From NCBI GenBank assembly GCA_900617105.1, contig UYFQ01000382.1:62001-82050 (forward strand): a DNA stretch of 20,050 nucleotides, in the 5' to 3' direction. Within the stretch, counting starts at the first letter, position 1, and every line of letters begins with the position of its first letter. Origin of the DNA: Hydrurus foetidus (lineage: Eukaryota). The notes under the pieces were generated by a model. The model was not told the DNA's origin. It did not search any database and worked only from the letters and a program-made list of their open reading frames with translations. A program made the translations under genes and the position numbers. This document shows, piece by piece, positions 1 through 17,200 of the stretch.

Positions 1-3000
1 ATCACATACAACAGGATAGAGACAGTAGCATATCGCATCACATCATCAGATGACATCATGTAATGCTAGATAATCAGTACCTCGCAATTCTTGTCACATA
101 CAACAGGATAGAGACAGTAGCATATCGCATCACATCATCAGATGACATCATGTAATGCTAGATAATCAGTACCTCGCAATTCTTATCACATACAACAGGA
201 TAGAGACAGTAGCATATCGCATCACATCATCAGATGACATCATGTAATGCTAGATAATCAGTACCTCGCAATTCTTATCACATACAACAGGATAGAGACA
301 GTAGCATATCGCATCACATCATCAGATGACATCATGTAATGCTAGATAATCAGTACCTCGCAATTCTTATCACATACAACAGGATAGAGACAGTAGCATA
401 TCGCATCACATCATCAGATGACATCATGTAATGCTAGATAATCAGTACCTCGCAATTCTTATCACATACAACAGGATAGAGACAGTAGCATATCGCATCA
501 CATCATCAGATGACATCATGTAATGCTAGATAATCAGTACCTCGCAATTCTTGTCACATACAACAGGATAGAGACAGTAGCATATCGCATCACATCATCA
601 GATGACATCATGTAATGCTAGATAATCAGTACCTCGCAATTCTTATCACATACAACAGGATAGAGACAGTAGCATATCGCATCACATCATCAGATGACAT
701 CATGTAATGCTAGATAATCAGTACCTCGCAATTCTTATCACATACAACAGGATAGAGACAGTAGCATATCGCATCACATCATCAGATGACATCATGTAAT
801 GCTAGATAATCAGTACCTCGCAATTCTTATCACATACAACAGGATAGAGACAGTAGCATATCGCATCACATCATCAGATGACATCATGTAATGCTAGATA
901 ATCAGTACCTCGCAATTCTTATCACATACAACAGGATAGAGACAGTAGCATATCGCATCACATCATCAGATGACATCATGTAATGCTAGATAATCAGTAC
1001 CTCGCAATTCTTATCACATACAACAGGATAGAGACAGTAGCATATCGCATCACATCATCAGATGACATCATGTAATGCTAGATAATCAGTACCTCGCAAT
1101 TCTTGTCACATACAACAGGATAGAGACAGTAGCATATCGCATCACATCATCAGATGACATCATGTAATGCTAGATAATCAGTACCTCGCAATTCTTATCA
1201 CATACAACAGGATAGAGACAGTAGCATATCGCATCACATCATCAGATGACATCATGTAATGCTAGATAATCAGTACCTCGCAATTCTTATCACATACAAC
1301 AGGATAGAGACAGTAGCATATCGCATCACATCATCAGATGACATCATGTAATGCTAGATAATCAGTACCTCGCAATTCTTGTCACATACAACAGGATAGA
1401 GACAGTAGCATATCGCATCACATCATCAGATGACATCATGTAATGCTAGATAATCAGTACCTCGCAATTCTTATCACATACAACAGGATAGAGACAGTAG
1501 CATATCGCATCACATCATCAGATGACATCATGTAATGCTAGATAATCAGTACCTCGCAATTCTTATCACATACAACAGGATAGAGACAGTAGCATATCGC
1601 ATCACATCATCAGATGACATCATGTAATGCTAGATAATCAGTACCTCGCAATTCTTGTCACATACAACAGGATAGAGACAGTAGCATATCGCATCACATC
1701 ATCAGATGACATCATGTAATGCTAGATAATCAGTACCTCGCAATTCTTATCACATACAACAGGATAGAGACAGTAGCATATCGCATCACATCATCAGATG
1801 ACATCATGTAATGCTAGATAATCAGTACCTCGCAATTCTTATCACATACAACAGGATAGAGACAGTAGCATATCGCATCACATCATCAGATGACATCATG
1901 TAATGCTAGATAATCAGTACCTCGCAATTCTTGTCACATACAACAGGATAGAGACAGTAGCATATCGCATCACATCATCAGATGACATCATGTAATGCTA
2001 GATAATCAGTACCTCGCAATTCTTATCACATACAACAGGATAGAGACAGTAGCATATCGCATCACATCATCAGATGACATCATGTAATGCTAGATAATCA
2101 GTACCTCGCAATTCTTATCACATACAACAGGATAGAGACAGTAGCATATCGCATCACATCATCAGATGACATCATGTAATGCTAGATAATCAGTACCTCG
2201 CAATTCTTATCACATACAACAGGATAGAGACAGTAGCATATCGCATCACATCATCAGATGACATCATGTAATGCTAGATAATCAGTACCTCGCAATTCTT
2301 ATCACATACAACAGGATAGAGACAGTAGCATATCGCATCACATCATCAGATGACATCATGTAATGCTAGATAATCAGTACCTCGCAATTCTTATCACATA
2401 CAACAGGATAGAGACAGTAGCATATCGCATCACATCATCAGATGACATCATGTAATGCTAGATAATCAGTACCTCGCAATTCTTATCACATACAACAGGA
2501 TAGAGACAGTAGCATATCGCATCACATCATCAGATGACATCATGTAATGCTAGATAATCAGTACCTCGCAATTCTTGTCACATACAACAGGATAGAGACA
2601 GTAGCATATCGCATCACATCATCAGATGACATCATGTAATGCTAGATAATCAGTACCTCGCAATTCTTATCACATACAACAGGATAGAGACAGTAGCATA
2701 TCGCATCACATCATCAGATGACATCATGTAATGCTAGATAATCAGTACCTCGCAATTCTTATCACATACAACAGGATAGAGACAGTAGCATATCGCATCA
2801 CATCATCAGATGACATCATGTAATGCTAGATAATCAGTACCTCGCAATTCTTATCACATACAACAGGATAGAGACAGTAGCATATCGCATCACATCATCA
2901 GATGACATCATGTAATGCTAGATAATCAGTACCTCGCAATTCTTGTCACATACAACAGGATAGAGACAGTAGCATATCGCATCACATCATCAGATGACAT

Positions 3001-6000
3001 CATGTAATGCTAGATAATCAGTACCTCGCAATTCTTATCACATACAACAGGATAGAGACAGTAGCATATCGCATCACATCATCAGATGACATCATGTAAT
3101 GCTAGATAATCAGTACCTCGCAATTCTTGTCACATACAACAGGATAGAGACAGTAGCATATCGCATCACATCATCAGATGACATCATGTAATGCTAGATA
3201 ATCAGTACCTCGCAATTCTTATCACATACAACAGGATAGAGACAGTAGCATATCGCATCACATCATCAGATGACATCATGTAATGCTAGATAATCAGTAC
3301 CTCGCAATTCTTGTCACATACAACAGGATAGAGACAGTAGCATATCGCATCACATCATCAGATGACATCATGTAATGCTAGATAATCAGTACCTCGCAAT
3401 TCTTATCACATACAACAGGATAGAGACAGTAGCATATCGCATCACATCATCAGATGACATCATGTAATGCTAGATAATCAGTACCTCGCAATTCTTATCA
3501 CATACAACAGGATAGAGACAGTAGCATATCGCATCACATCATCAGATGACATCATGTAATGCTAGATAATCAGTACCTCGCAATTCTTATCACATACAAC
3601 AGGATAGAGACAGTAGCATATCGCATCACATCATCAGATGACATCATGTAATGCTAGATAATCAGTACCTCGCAATTCTTGTCACATACAACAGGATAGA
3701 GACAGTAGCATATCGCATCACATCATCAGATGACATCATGTAATGCTAGATAATCAGTACCTCGCAATTCTTATCACATACAACAGGATAGAGACAGTAG
3801 CATATCGCATCACATCATCAGATGACATCATGTAATGCTAGATAATCAGTACCTCGCAATTCTTATCACATACAACAGGATAGAGACAGTAGCATATCGC
3901 ATCACATCATCAGATGACATCATGTAATGCTAGATAATCAGTACCTCGCAATTCTTGTCACATACAACAGGATAGAGACAGTAGCATATCGCATCACATC
4001 ATCAGATGACATCATGTAATGCTAGATAATCAGTACCTCGCAATTCTTATCACATACAACAGGATAGAGACAGTAGCATATCGCATCACATCATCAGATG
4101 ACATCATGTAATGCTAGATAATCAGTACCTCGCAATTCTTATCACATACAACAGGATAGAGACAGTAGCATATCGCATCACATCATCAGATGACATCATG
4201 TAATGCTAGATAATCAGTACCTCGCAATTCTTGTCACATACAACAGGATAGAGACAGTAGCATATCGCATCACATCATCAGATGACATCATGTAATGCTA
4301 GATAATCAGTACCTCGCAATTCTTGTCACATACAACAGGATAGAGACAGTAGCATATCGCATCACATCATCAGATGACATCATGTAATGCTAGATAATCA
4401 GTACCTCGCAATTCTTGTCACATACAACAGGATAGAGACAGTAGCATATCGCATCACATCATCAGATGACATCATGTAATGCTAGATAATCAGTACCTCG
4501 CAATTCTTATCACATACAACAGGATAGAGACAGTAGCATATCGCATCACATCATCAGATGACATCATGTAATGCTAGATAATCAGTACCTCGCAATTCTT
4601 ATCACATACAACAGGATAGAGACAGTAGCATATCGCATCACATCATCAGATGACATCATGTAATGCTAGATAATCAGTACCTCGCAATTCTTATCACATA
4701 CAACAGGATAGAGACAGTAGCATATCGCATCACATCATCAGATGACATCATGTAATGCTAGATAATCAGTACCTCGCAATTCTTATCACATACAACAGGA
4801 TAGAGACAGTAGCATATCGCATCACATCATCAGATGACATCATGTAATGCTAGATAATCAGTACCTCGCAATTCTTATCACATACAACAGGATAGAGACA
4901 GTAGCATATCGCATCACATCATCAGATGACATCATGTAATGCTAGATAATCAGTACCTCGCAATTCTTATCACATACAACAGGATAGAGACAGTAGCATA
5001 TCGCATCACATCATCAGATGACATCATGTAATGCTAGATAATCAGTACCTCGCAATTCTTATCACATACAACAGGATAGAGACAGTAGCATATCGCATCA
5101 CATCATCAGATGACATCATGTAATGCTAGATAATCAGTACCTCGCAATTCTTGTCACATACAACAGGATAGAGACAGTAGCATATCGCATCACATCATCA
5201 GATGACATCATGTAATGCTAGATAATCAGTACCTCGCAGTTCTTATCACATACAACAGGATAGAGACAGTAGCATATCGCATCACATCATCAGATGACAT
5301 CATGTAATGCTAGATAATCAGTACCTCGCAATTCTTATCACATACAACAGGATAGAGACAGTAGCATATCGCATCACATCATCAGATGACATCATGTAAT
5401 GCTAGATAATCAGTACCTCGCAATTCTTATCACATACAACAGGATAGAGACAGTAGCATATCGCATCACATCATCAGATGACATCATGTAATGCTAGATA
5501 ATCAGTACCTCGCAATTCTTATCACATACAACAGGATAGAGACAGTAGCATATCGCATCACATCATCAGATGACATCATGTAATGCTAGATAATCAGTAC
5601 CTCGCAATTCTTATCACATACAACAGGATAGAGACAGTAGCATATCGCATCACATCATCAGATGACATCATGTAATGCTAGATAATCAGTACCTCGCAAT
5701 TCTTATCACATACAACAGGATAGAGACAGTAGCATATCGCATCACATCATCAGATGACATCATGTAATGCTAGATAATCAGTACCTCGCAATTCTTATCA
5801 CATACAACAGGATAGAGACAGTAGCATATCGCATCACATCATCAGATGACATCATGTAATGCTAGATAATCAGTACCTCGCAATTCTTATCACATACAAC
5901 AGGATAGAGACAGTAGCATATCGCATCACATCATCAGATGACATCATGTAATGCTAGATAATCAGTACCTCGCAATTCTTATCACATACAACAGGATAGA

Positions 6001-6612
6001 GACAGTAGCATATCGCATCACATCATCAGATGACATCATGTAATGCTAGATAATCAGTACCTCGCAATTCTTATCACATACAACAGGATAGAGACAGTAG
6101 CATATCGCATCACATCATCAGATGACATCATGTAATGCTAGATAATCAGTACCTCGCAATTCTTATCACATACAACAGGATAGAGACAGTAGCATATCGC
6201 ATCACATCATCAGATGACATCATGTAATGCTAGATAATCAGTACCTCGCAATTCTTATCACATACAACAGGATAGAGACAGTAGCATATCGCATCACATC
6301 ATCAGATGACATCATGTAATGCTAGATAATCAGTACCTCGCAATTCTTATCACATACAACAGGATAGAGACAGTAGCATATCGCATCACATCATCAGATG
6401 ACATCATGTAATGCTAGATAATCAGTACCTCGCAATTCTTATCACATACAACAGGATAGAGACAGTAGCATATCGCATCACATCATCAGATGACATCATG
6501 TAATGCTAGATAATCAGTACCTCGCAATTCTTATCACATACAACAGGATAGAGACAGTAGCATATCGCATCACATCATCAGATGACATCATGTAATGCTA
6601 GATAATCAGTAC
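1..6612 (-). other. LETM1 intron 6, expanded to >6.6 kb and made entirely of the 92-bp repeat within this window
   Basis: Begins at the GT donor at 6612. LETM1 is incomplete at exon 6 because the rest of the LETM1 domain is missing, so further exons must lie beyond the array if the gene is intact. Confidence 0.85.

Positions 6613-6629
<17 letters not shown>
1..6629. repeat. 92-bp tandem satellite array, 72 full units plus 5 bp, inside LETM1 intron 6; continues beyond the window start
   Basis: The unit ATCACATACAACAGGATAGAGACAGTAGCATATCGCATCACATCATCAGATGACATCATGTAATGCTAGATAATCAGTACCTCGCAATTCTT recurs every 92 bp (starts 1, 93, 185 ... 6533; partial at 6625). The only variation seen is A/G at unit position 1 and one A>G at 5239. 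Confidence 0.99.
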
Positions 6630-9416
<2,787 letters not shown>

Positions 9417-11120
9417 CTTGGACGAGACTGTGTGTGGCAAAAGCTAGCTACAAACTGTACGTGTCGCACTCAATAAGTTATCCCAGTTTCAATTTGTTCC
9501 ACAGAACTATCACGAGGCAAAATTGGTGACTCAATTCCAAGTTATTCTTGGGACCGAACGCTTGAGGTGATGAGGTTTTTGCAATCTCTGTCAAAAACAC
9601 ACTTCAACATTCGTTACAAAAGCTGTCCGGTAACAAAGTAGTCTCAATTACTCCAAACCCGAAGAGTTATTGAGTTAGTCCTTGACGGTGATTGCTTCAG
9701 TATTGCACCGTAATGTTCGAGATGTTATCCTCGCTACAACATAACGAAACGTGCTTCGTTGAGGGCAATCGAAGGAGTGTGCAGCGGAGACGTCTCAAAT
9801 GTGCGCGCGCAGCTTCTTTTTCTTCCAAGAATCCCCGTCCCAAGTCGAGCAAGTCATGTCCGGGTAAACTGTGACCTAGATTCCGGCATGGCGCTGCCCG
9901 CTGCCGTATCCAAATTTTCGATAGTATTTCAGTATTTTCTCAACACAAACTTCAGAACGCAAATATACAAAACACGAAATTTGAAACACTTGCTTGCATT
10001 TTGCTCTGTATTCTTGCCCTTTCATGGTAGTAAGCCGAGGAAATACTGTAGGAGGTAGTTCACTGTGACATCACGCATAGACAGCAAGGAATGTGACCCT
10101 TCACAAGCAGTCCCTCTGCTATTGAGCACGTCCAAGTGTATCCTATTCGAAACCATCGGCGATGAAACCTCGACACTACTCAGACAGTAGAGGAGATGGC
10201 GGTCTTTGCAAGTGCATGTAAGAGAGAAGGATAACTTTCAAATGGTCGTTTTGTTATTCAGACGAGTTCTGCTTTACTGTCACCACACATTTTTACTGAA
10301 CTGATGTTACCACACACTTCGTACAAATGTGTGTGTGTCGGACGTATGTCAGTAACTTACGGTCCAATGAAAGCAAATGAAGATACTCTCGAAGTGCTGT
10401 ATAACTCATGATCTTCAAAGTGCGCAAAGCATTGTGTAAAGCATGACTTTGACTGTTACGTGAAAGCTAGGCTACACCATCAATATATTGACACAAAATT
10501 AGATCATCGAGCAATAATCTATGTCATAATGAGGTTTCATTGGTGACTATCGGCACTTAGGAAGCATAAGGCCTTATAAAAGAAATACAGATGTAATAAT
10601 ACTGATTACACCTCGTCTGATATGGTGGTGCCATATGACTAACTATGGATTTGCTAGAAATAAAAAATGCAGAAGGGTGTTGATGTCCTTCTGGTTGAGG
10701 AGAGAGAAAGCAATTGACCACGCGCGTCGTTAATCTTTTCCTAAAAAGTTGACCGAATTCAAATTTGGCGGGTAGTCTCCATGTTGTGTTCCGATGTTGG
10801 AGCGTCGGATGGAATTGAATATTCGCTTGGATGGAACTTAACTGGTGAGAACGTTATTTTGCCCTTCCTTCCTGGGTCACACACGCTCGTACCTGTGCCG
10901 GATGTACAGGAAAAGAGCAGTGGAGTAAACAAAAATAGAGACGAAAGAGCCCGCGATAATTGAGGCCATAAATGAATGATTGATCGTCTCATAATTTCGA
11001 ATGAATTCCGCTGAAGCAGTACTAGGAGCGAGGATGGGAATTCAAATAAAAAATAGACATCCTTGTTGTTGTGATTGTCAGCACAGCCTCGGATACAGTA
11101 GGAGCGGAAGTGGTAATAAC

Positions 11121-11250
11121 TGACAGAGAGTGACAGTGAGAGTGACAGTGAGAGTGACATAGAAAGAGTCGCATAGGAAGAGAGAACGAGAGAGAGGAAA
11201 ATAGAGTGAGAACAAGAGAGAGAAACAGAGACGGAGAGAGAGAGGAGAGC
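11121..11250. repeat. 12-bp minisatellite (GAGAGTGACAGT, about 3 copies) followed by a GA-rich tract
   Basis: gagagtgacagtgagagtgacagtgagagtgacat followed by gagagagagg-type runs. CT-rich on the minus strand, resembling the LETM1 introns. Confidence 0.75.
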
Positions 11251-11298
11251 GGATTCTGCACACTCTAGTAGTTCCAATCAATGAGAGCACATATATGA

Positions 11299-14200
11299 TC
11301 ATACTAGGCCTCCGATTGATGTCAGTGCTACCGTGTCCTTCTTGCTTGCTGATAGTCTGGGAAACGCATATGGCTTCTTTGTTGTAGCAGCTGCAGGCTT
11401 GACTGGACTAACTTTCCGAATACGCTTATTACCAGTATCGGCTATGTAAATATTGCCCCACGCATCTACTGCAATACCTAGAGGCATCGACACTTGCGCA
11501 CTTCTTGGTATTTCTCCATCACCACTGAAGCCGCCCGAACCGGTTCCAGCTACAGTGCTGATGATGCCAGTGCTCTTGGTCACCATCCTGATGACGATAC
11601 TGAAATCAGAAATGTATATGTTGCCTGATGCATCGACGGCGACACCTCTCGGCGAGCTCAGTTGTGCTGATGTCGCATAACCTCCGTCGCCCCCGTTGCC
11701 ATACTGTCCGGTACCGACCACAGTAGTGATGATGCCCGTGCTCTTGGTCACCTTACGGATACGGCGATTGTTGGCATCGGCTATGTAGATGTAGCCTGAT
11801 GTATCGACAGCGATGCTTTGGGGCCACACTATTACTGCCGATGTCGCATAACCTCCGTCCCCACTGAACCCGTTCTGTCCGTTACCAGTCACAGTAGTGA
11901 TGACGCCAGTGCTCTTGGTTACGACAGGAATGCGAAGATTGGATGCATCGGCTATATAGATGTTGCCTGATGCATCGACAACCACGCTATGAGGGTTCAG
12001 CAATCTCGCTAGCGTCGCTTGTCCGCCATCCCCTCTGAAGCCGCTCTCCGCAGTGCCAGCTACAGTGCTAATGATACCGGTGCTCTTGGTCACCATGCGA
12101 ATACGATGATTTTCCGTGTCAGCTATGTAGATGTTGCCTGATGCCTCTACTGCAACACCTTGCGGAGAGCTCAACTGAGCTTGCATCGCTTGACCTCCGT
12201 CACCGCTGTAGCCATATAGTCCGTTACCAGCCACAGTGGTGATGATGCCTGTGCTCTTTGTCACCATTCTGATGATTTGATTTTCCCTGTCCGCGATGTA
12301 GACGTTTCCTGACGCATCGACAGCGACAGCTTCAGGATAGCTCAGTTCTGATGCTGTCGCTCGACCTCCATCACCCCCTCTTCCATCTACAGCACTACCA
12401 GCCACAGTCGTGATGACAGTTTTTGTTGTTGACACTGGACTTATTGGTTTTCTTGTCGGATGATGCGTCGGCTTTTTTGTTGGAGATACGTCGGCTTTTT
12501 AGTTGGTCTTTTTGTTGGTCCTTTTGTTGGTAACGATATGGGTTCTGCTGTTGGACTCATTGTATGTGATGATGTGGGTAATGGTGTCTGACTCATTGTT
12601 GGCAATGATGTGGGTACTCGTGTCCGACTTATTGAAGGTGATAATCTGGGAGCTGCTGTGAATGATTCAGAGCCCACTTTCCGAATACGCTTATTACCAG
12701 TATCGGCTATGTAAATATTGCCCCACGCATCTACTGCAATACCTAGAGGCATCGACACTTGCGCACTTCTTGGTATTTCTCCATCACCACTGAAGCCGCC
12801 CGAACCGGTTCCAGCTACAGTGCTGATGATGCCAGTGCTCTTGGTCACCATCCTGATGACGTTACTGAAATCAGAAATGTATATGTTGCCTGATGCATCG
12901 ACGGCGACACCTCTCGGCGAGCTCAGTTGTGCTGATGTCGCATAACCTCCGTCGCCCCCGTTGCCATACTGTCCGGTACCGACCACAGTAGTGATGATGC
13001 CCGTGCTCTTGGTCACCTTACGGATACGGCGATTGTTGGCATCGGCTATGTAGATGTAGCCTGATGTATCGACAGCGATGCTTTGGGGCCACACTATTAC
13101 TGCCGATGTCGCATAACCTCCGTCCCCACTGAACCCGTTCTGTCCGTTACCAGCCACAGTAGTGATGACGCCAGTGCTCTTGGTTACGACAGGAATGCGA
13201 AGATTGGATGCATCGGCTATATAGATGTTGCCTGATGCATCGACAACCACGCTATGAGGGTTCAGCAATCTCGCTAGCGTCGCTTGTCCGCCATCCCCTC
13301 TGAAGCCGCTCTCCGCAGTGCCAGCTACAGTGCTAATGATACCGGTGCTCTTGGTCACCATGCGAATACGATGATTTTCCGTGTCAGCTATGTAGATGTT
13401 GCCTGATGCCTCTACTGCAACACCTTGCGGAGAGCTCAACTGAGCTTGCATCGCTTGACCTCCGTCACCGCTGTAGCCATATAGTCCGTTACCAGCCACA
13501 GTGGTGATGATGCCTGTGCTCTTTGTCACCATTCTGATGATTTGATTTTCCCTGTCCGCGATGTAGACGTTTCCTGACGCATCGACAGCGACAGCTTCAG
13601 GATAGCTCAGTTCTGATGCTGTCGCTCGACCTCCATCACCACCTCTTCCAGCTACAGCACTACCAGCCACAGTCGTGATAGTAATCAAGTCAGATGTTGG
13701 CGACGATGTGAGTGAAGGTGTTGGCGATGATGTGGGAGCTGCTGTGAATGATTCAGAGCCCACTTTCCGAATACGCTTATTACCAGTATCGGCTATGTAA
13801 ATATTGCCCCACGCATCTACTGCAATACCTAGAGGCATCGACACTTGCGCACTTCTTGGTATTTCTCCATCACCACTGAAGCCGCCCGAACCGGTTCCAG
13901 CTACAGTGCTGATGATGCCAGTGCTCTTGGTCACCATCCTGATGACGTTACTGAAATCAGAAATGTATATGTTGCCTGATGCATCGACGGCGACACCTCT
14001 CGGCGAGCTCAGTTGTGCTGATGTCGCATAACCTCCGTCGCCCCCGTTGCCATACTGTCCGGTACCGACCACAGTAGTGATGATGCCCGTGCTCTTGGTC
14101 ACCTTACGGATACGGCGATTGTTGGCATCGGCTATGTAGATGTAGCCTGATGTATCGACAGCGATGCTTTGGGGCCACACTATTACTGCCGATGTCGCAT

Positions 14201-17200
14201 AACCTCCGTCCCCACTGAACCCGTTCTGTCCGTTACCAGTCACAGTAGTGATGACGCCAGTGCTCTTGGTTACGACAGGAATGCGAAGATTGGATGCATC
14301 GGCTATATAGATGTTGCCTGATGCATCGACAACCACGCTATGAGGGTTCAGCAATCTCGCTAGCGTCGCTTGTCCGCCATCCCCTCTGAAGCCGCTCTCC
14401 GCAGTGCCAGCTACAGTGCTAATGATACCGGTGCTCTTGGTCACCATGCGAATACGATGATTTTCCGTGTCAGCTATGTAGATGTTGCCTGATGCCTCTA
14501 CTGCAACACCTTGCGGAGAGCTCAACTGAGCTTGCATCGCTTGACCTCCGTCACCGCTGTAGCCATATAGTCCGTTACCAGCCACAGTGGTGATGATGCC
14601 TGTGCTCTTTGTCACCATTCTGATGATTTGATTTTCCCTGTCCGCGATGTAGACGTTTCCTGACGCATCGACAGCGACAGCTTCAGGATAGCTCAGTTCT
14701 GATGCTGTCGCTCGACCTCCATCACCACCTCTTCCAGCTACAGCACTACCAGCCACAGTCGTGATAGTAATCAAGTCAGATGTTGGCGACGATGTGAGTG
14801 AAGGTGTTGGCGATGATGTGGGAGCTGCTGTGAATGATTCAGAGCCCACTTTCCGAATACGCTTATTACCAGTATCGGCTATGTAAATATTGCCCCACGC
14901 ATCTACTGCAATACCTAGAGGCATCGACACTTGCGCACTTCTTGGTATTTCTCCATCACCACTGAAGCCGCCCGAACCGGTTCCAGCTACAGTGCTGATG
15001 ATGCCAGTGCTCTTGGTCACCATCCTGATGACGTTACTGAAATCAGAAATGTATATGTTGCCTGATGCATCGACGGCGACACCTCTCGGCGAGCTCAGTT
15101 GTGCTGATGTCGCATAACCTCCGTCGCCCCGTTGCCATACTGTCCGGTACCGACCACAGTAGTGATGATGCCCGTGCTCTTGGTCACCTTACGGATACGG
15201 CGATTGTTGGCATCGGCTATGTAGATGTAGCCTGATGTATCGACAGCGATGCTTTGGGGCCACACTATTACTGCCGATGTCGCATAACCTCCGTCCCCAC
15301 TGAACCCGTTCTGTCCGTTACCAGCCACAGTAGTGATGACGCCAGTGCTCTTGGTTACGACAGGAATGCGAAGATTGGATGCATCGGCTATATAGATGTT
15401 GCCTGATGCATCGACAACCACGCTATGAGGGTTCAGCAATCTCGCTAGCGTCGCTTGTCCGCCATCCCCTCTGAAGCCGCTCTCCGCAGTGCCAGCTACA
15501 GTGCTAATGATACCGGTGCTCTTGGTCACCATGCGAATACGATGATTTTCCGTGTCAGCTATGTAGATGTTGCCTGATGCCTCTACTGCAACACCTTGCG
15601 GAGAGCTCAACTGAGCTTGCATCGCTTGACCTCCGTCACCGCTGTAGCCATATAGTCCGTTACCAGCCACAGTGGTGATGATGCCTGTGCTCTTTGTCAC
15701 CATTCTGATGATTTGATTTTCCCTGTCCGCGATGTAGACGTTTCCTGACGCATCGACAGCGACAGCTTCAGGATAGCTCAGTTCTGATGCTGTCGCTCGA
15801 CCTCCATCACCACCTCTTCCAGCTACAGCACTACCAGCCACAGTCGTGATAGTAATCAAGTCAGATGTTGGCGACGATGTGAGTGAAGGTGTTGGCGATG
15901 ATGTGGGAGCTGCTGTGAATGATTCAGAGCCCACTTTCCGAATACGCTTATTACCAGTATCGGCTATGTAAATATTGCCCCACGCATCTACTGCAATACC
16001 TAGAGGCATCGACACTTGCGCACTTCTTGGTATTTCTCCATCACCACTGAAGCCGCCCGAACCGGTTCCAGCTACAGTGCTGATGATGCCAGTGCTCTTG
16101 GTCACCATCCTGATGACGTTACTGAAATCAGAAATGTATATGTTGCCTGATGCATCGACGGCGACACCTCTCGGCGAGCTCAGTTGTGCTGATGTCGCAT
16201 AACCTCCGTCGCCCCCGTTGCCATACTGTCCGGTACCGACCACAGTAGTGATGATGCCCGTGCTCTTGGTCACCTTACGGATACGGCGATTGTTGGCATC
16301 GGCTATGTAGATGTTGCCTGATGTATCGACAGCGATGCTTTGGGGCCACACTATTACTGCCGATGTCGCATAACCTCCGTCCCCACTGAACCCGTTCTGT
16401 CCGTTACCAGCCACAGTAGTGATGACGCCAGTGCTCTTGGTTACGACAGGAATGCGAAGATTGGATGCATCGGCTATATAGATGTTGCCTGATGCATCGA
16501 CAACCACGCTATGAGGGTTCAGCAATCTCGCTAGCGTCGCTTGTCCGCCATCCCCTCTGAAGCCGCTCTCCGCAGTGCCAGCTACAGTGCTAATGATACC
16601 GGTGCTCTTGGTCACCATGCGAATACGATGATTTTCCGTGTCAGCTATGTAGATGTTGCCTGATGCCTCTACTGCAACACCTTGCGGAGAGCTCAACTGA
16701 GCTTGCATCGCTTGACCTCCGTCACCGCTGTAGCCATATAGTCCGTTACCAGCCACAGTGGTGATGATGCCTGTGCTCTTTGTCACCATTCTGATGATTT
16801 GATTTTCCCTGTCCGCGATGTAGACGTTTCCTGACGCATCGACAGCGACAGCTTCAGGATAGCTCAGTTCTGATGCTGTCGCTCGACCTCCATCACCACC
16901 TCTTCCAGCTACAGCACTACCAGCCACAGTCGTGATAGTAATCAAGTCAGATGTTGGCGACGATGTGAGTGAAGGTGTTGGCGATGATGTGGGAGCTGCT
17001 GTGAATGATTCAGAGCCCACTTTCCGAATACGCTTATTACCAGTATCGGCTATGTAAATATTGCCCCACGCATCTACTGCAATACCTAGAGGCATCGACA
17101 CTTGCGCACTTCTTGGTATTTCTCCATCACCACTGAAGCCGCCCGAACCGGTTCCAGCTACAGTGCTGATGATGCCAGTGCTCTTGGTCACCATCCTGAT

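Noticed and set aside
10759..11302. ORFs 10759-11277, 10781-10963, 11022-11261 and 11078-11302 as standalone genes
   Set aside because: The three minus-strand ORFs largely translate the CT/GA microsatellite (SLSLSL, HSHCHS, TLTV). The plus-strand one is short and motif-free. Only parts might be spliced exons.
12020..12045. RGD integrin-binding motif (GFRGDGG) in every propeller
   Set aside because: It is a one-residue variant of the structural SGDGG loop found in the other blades, with no independent evidence of function.
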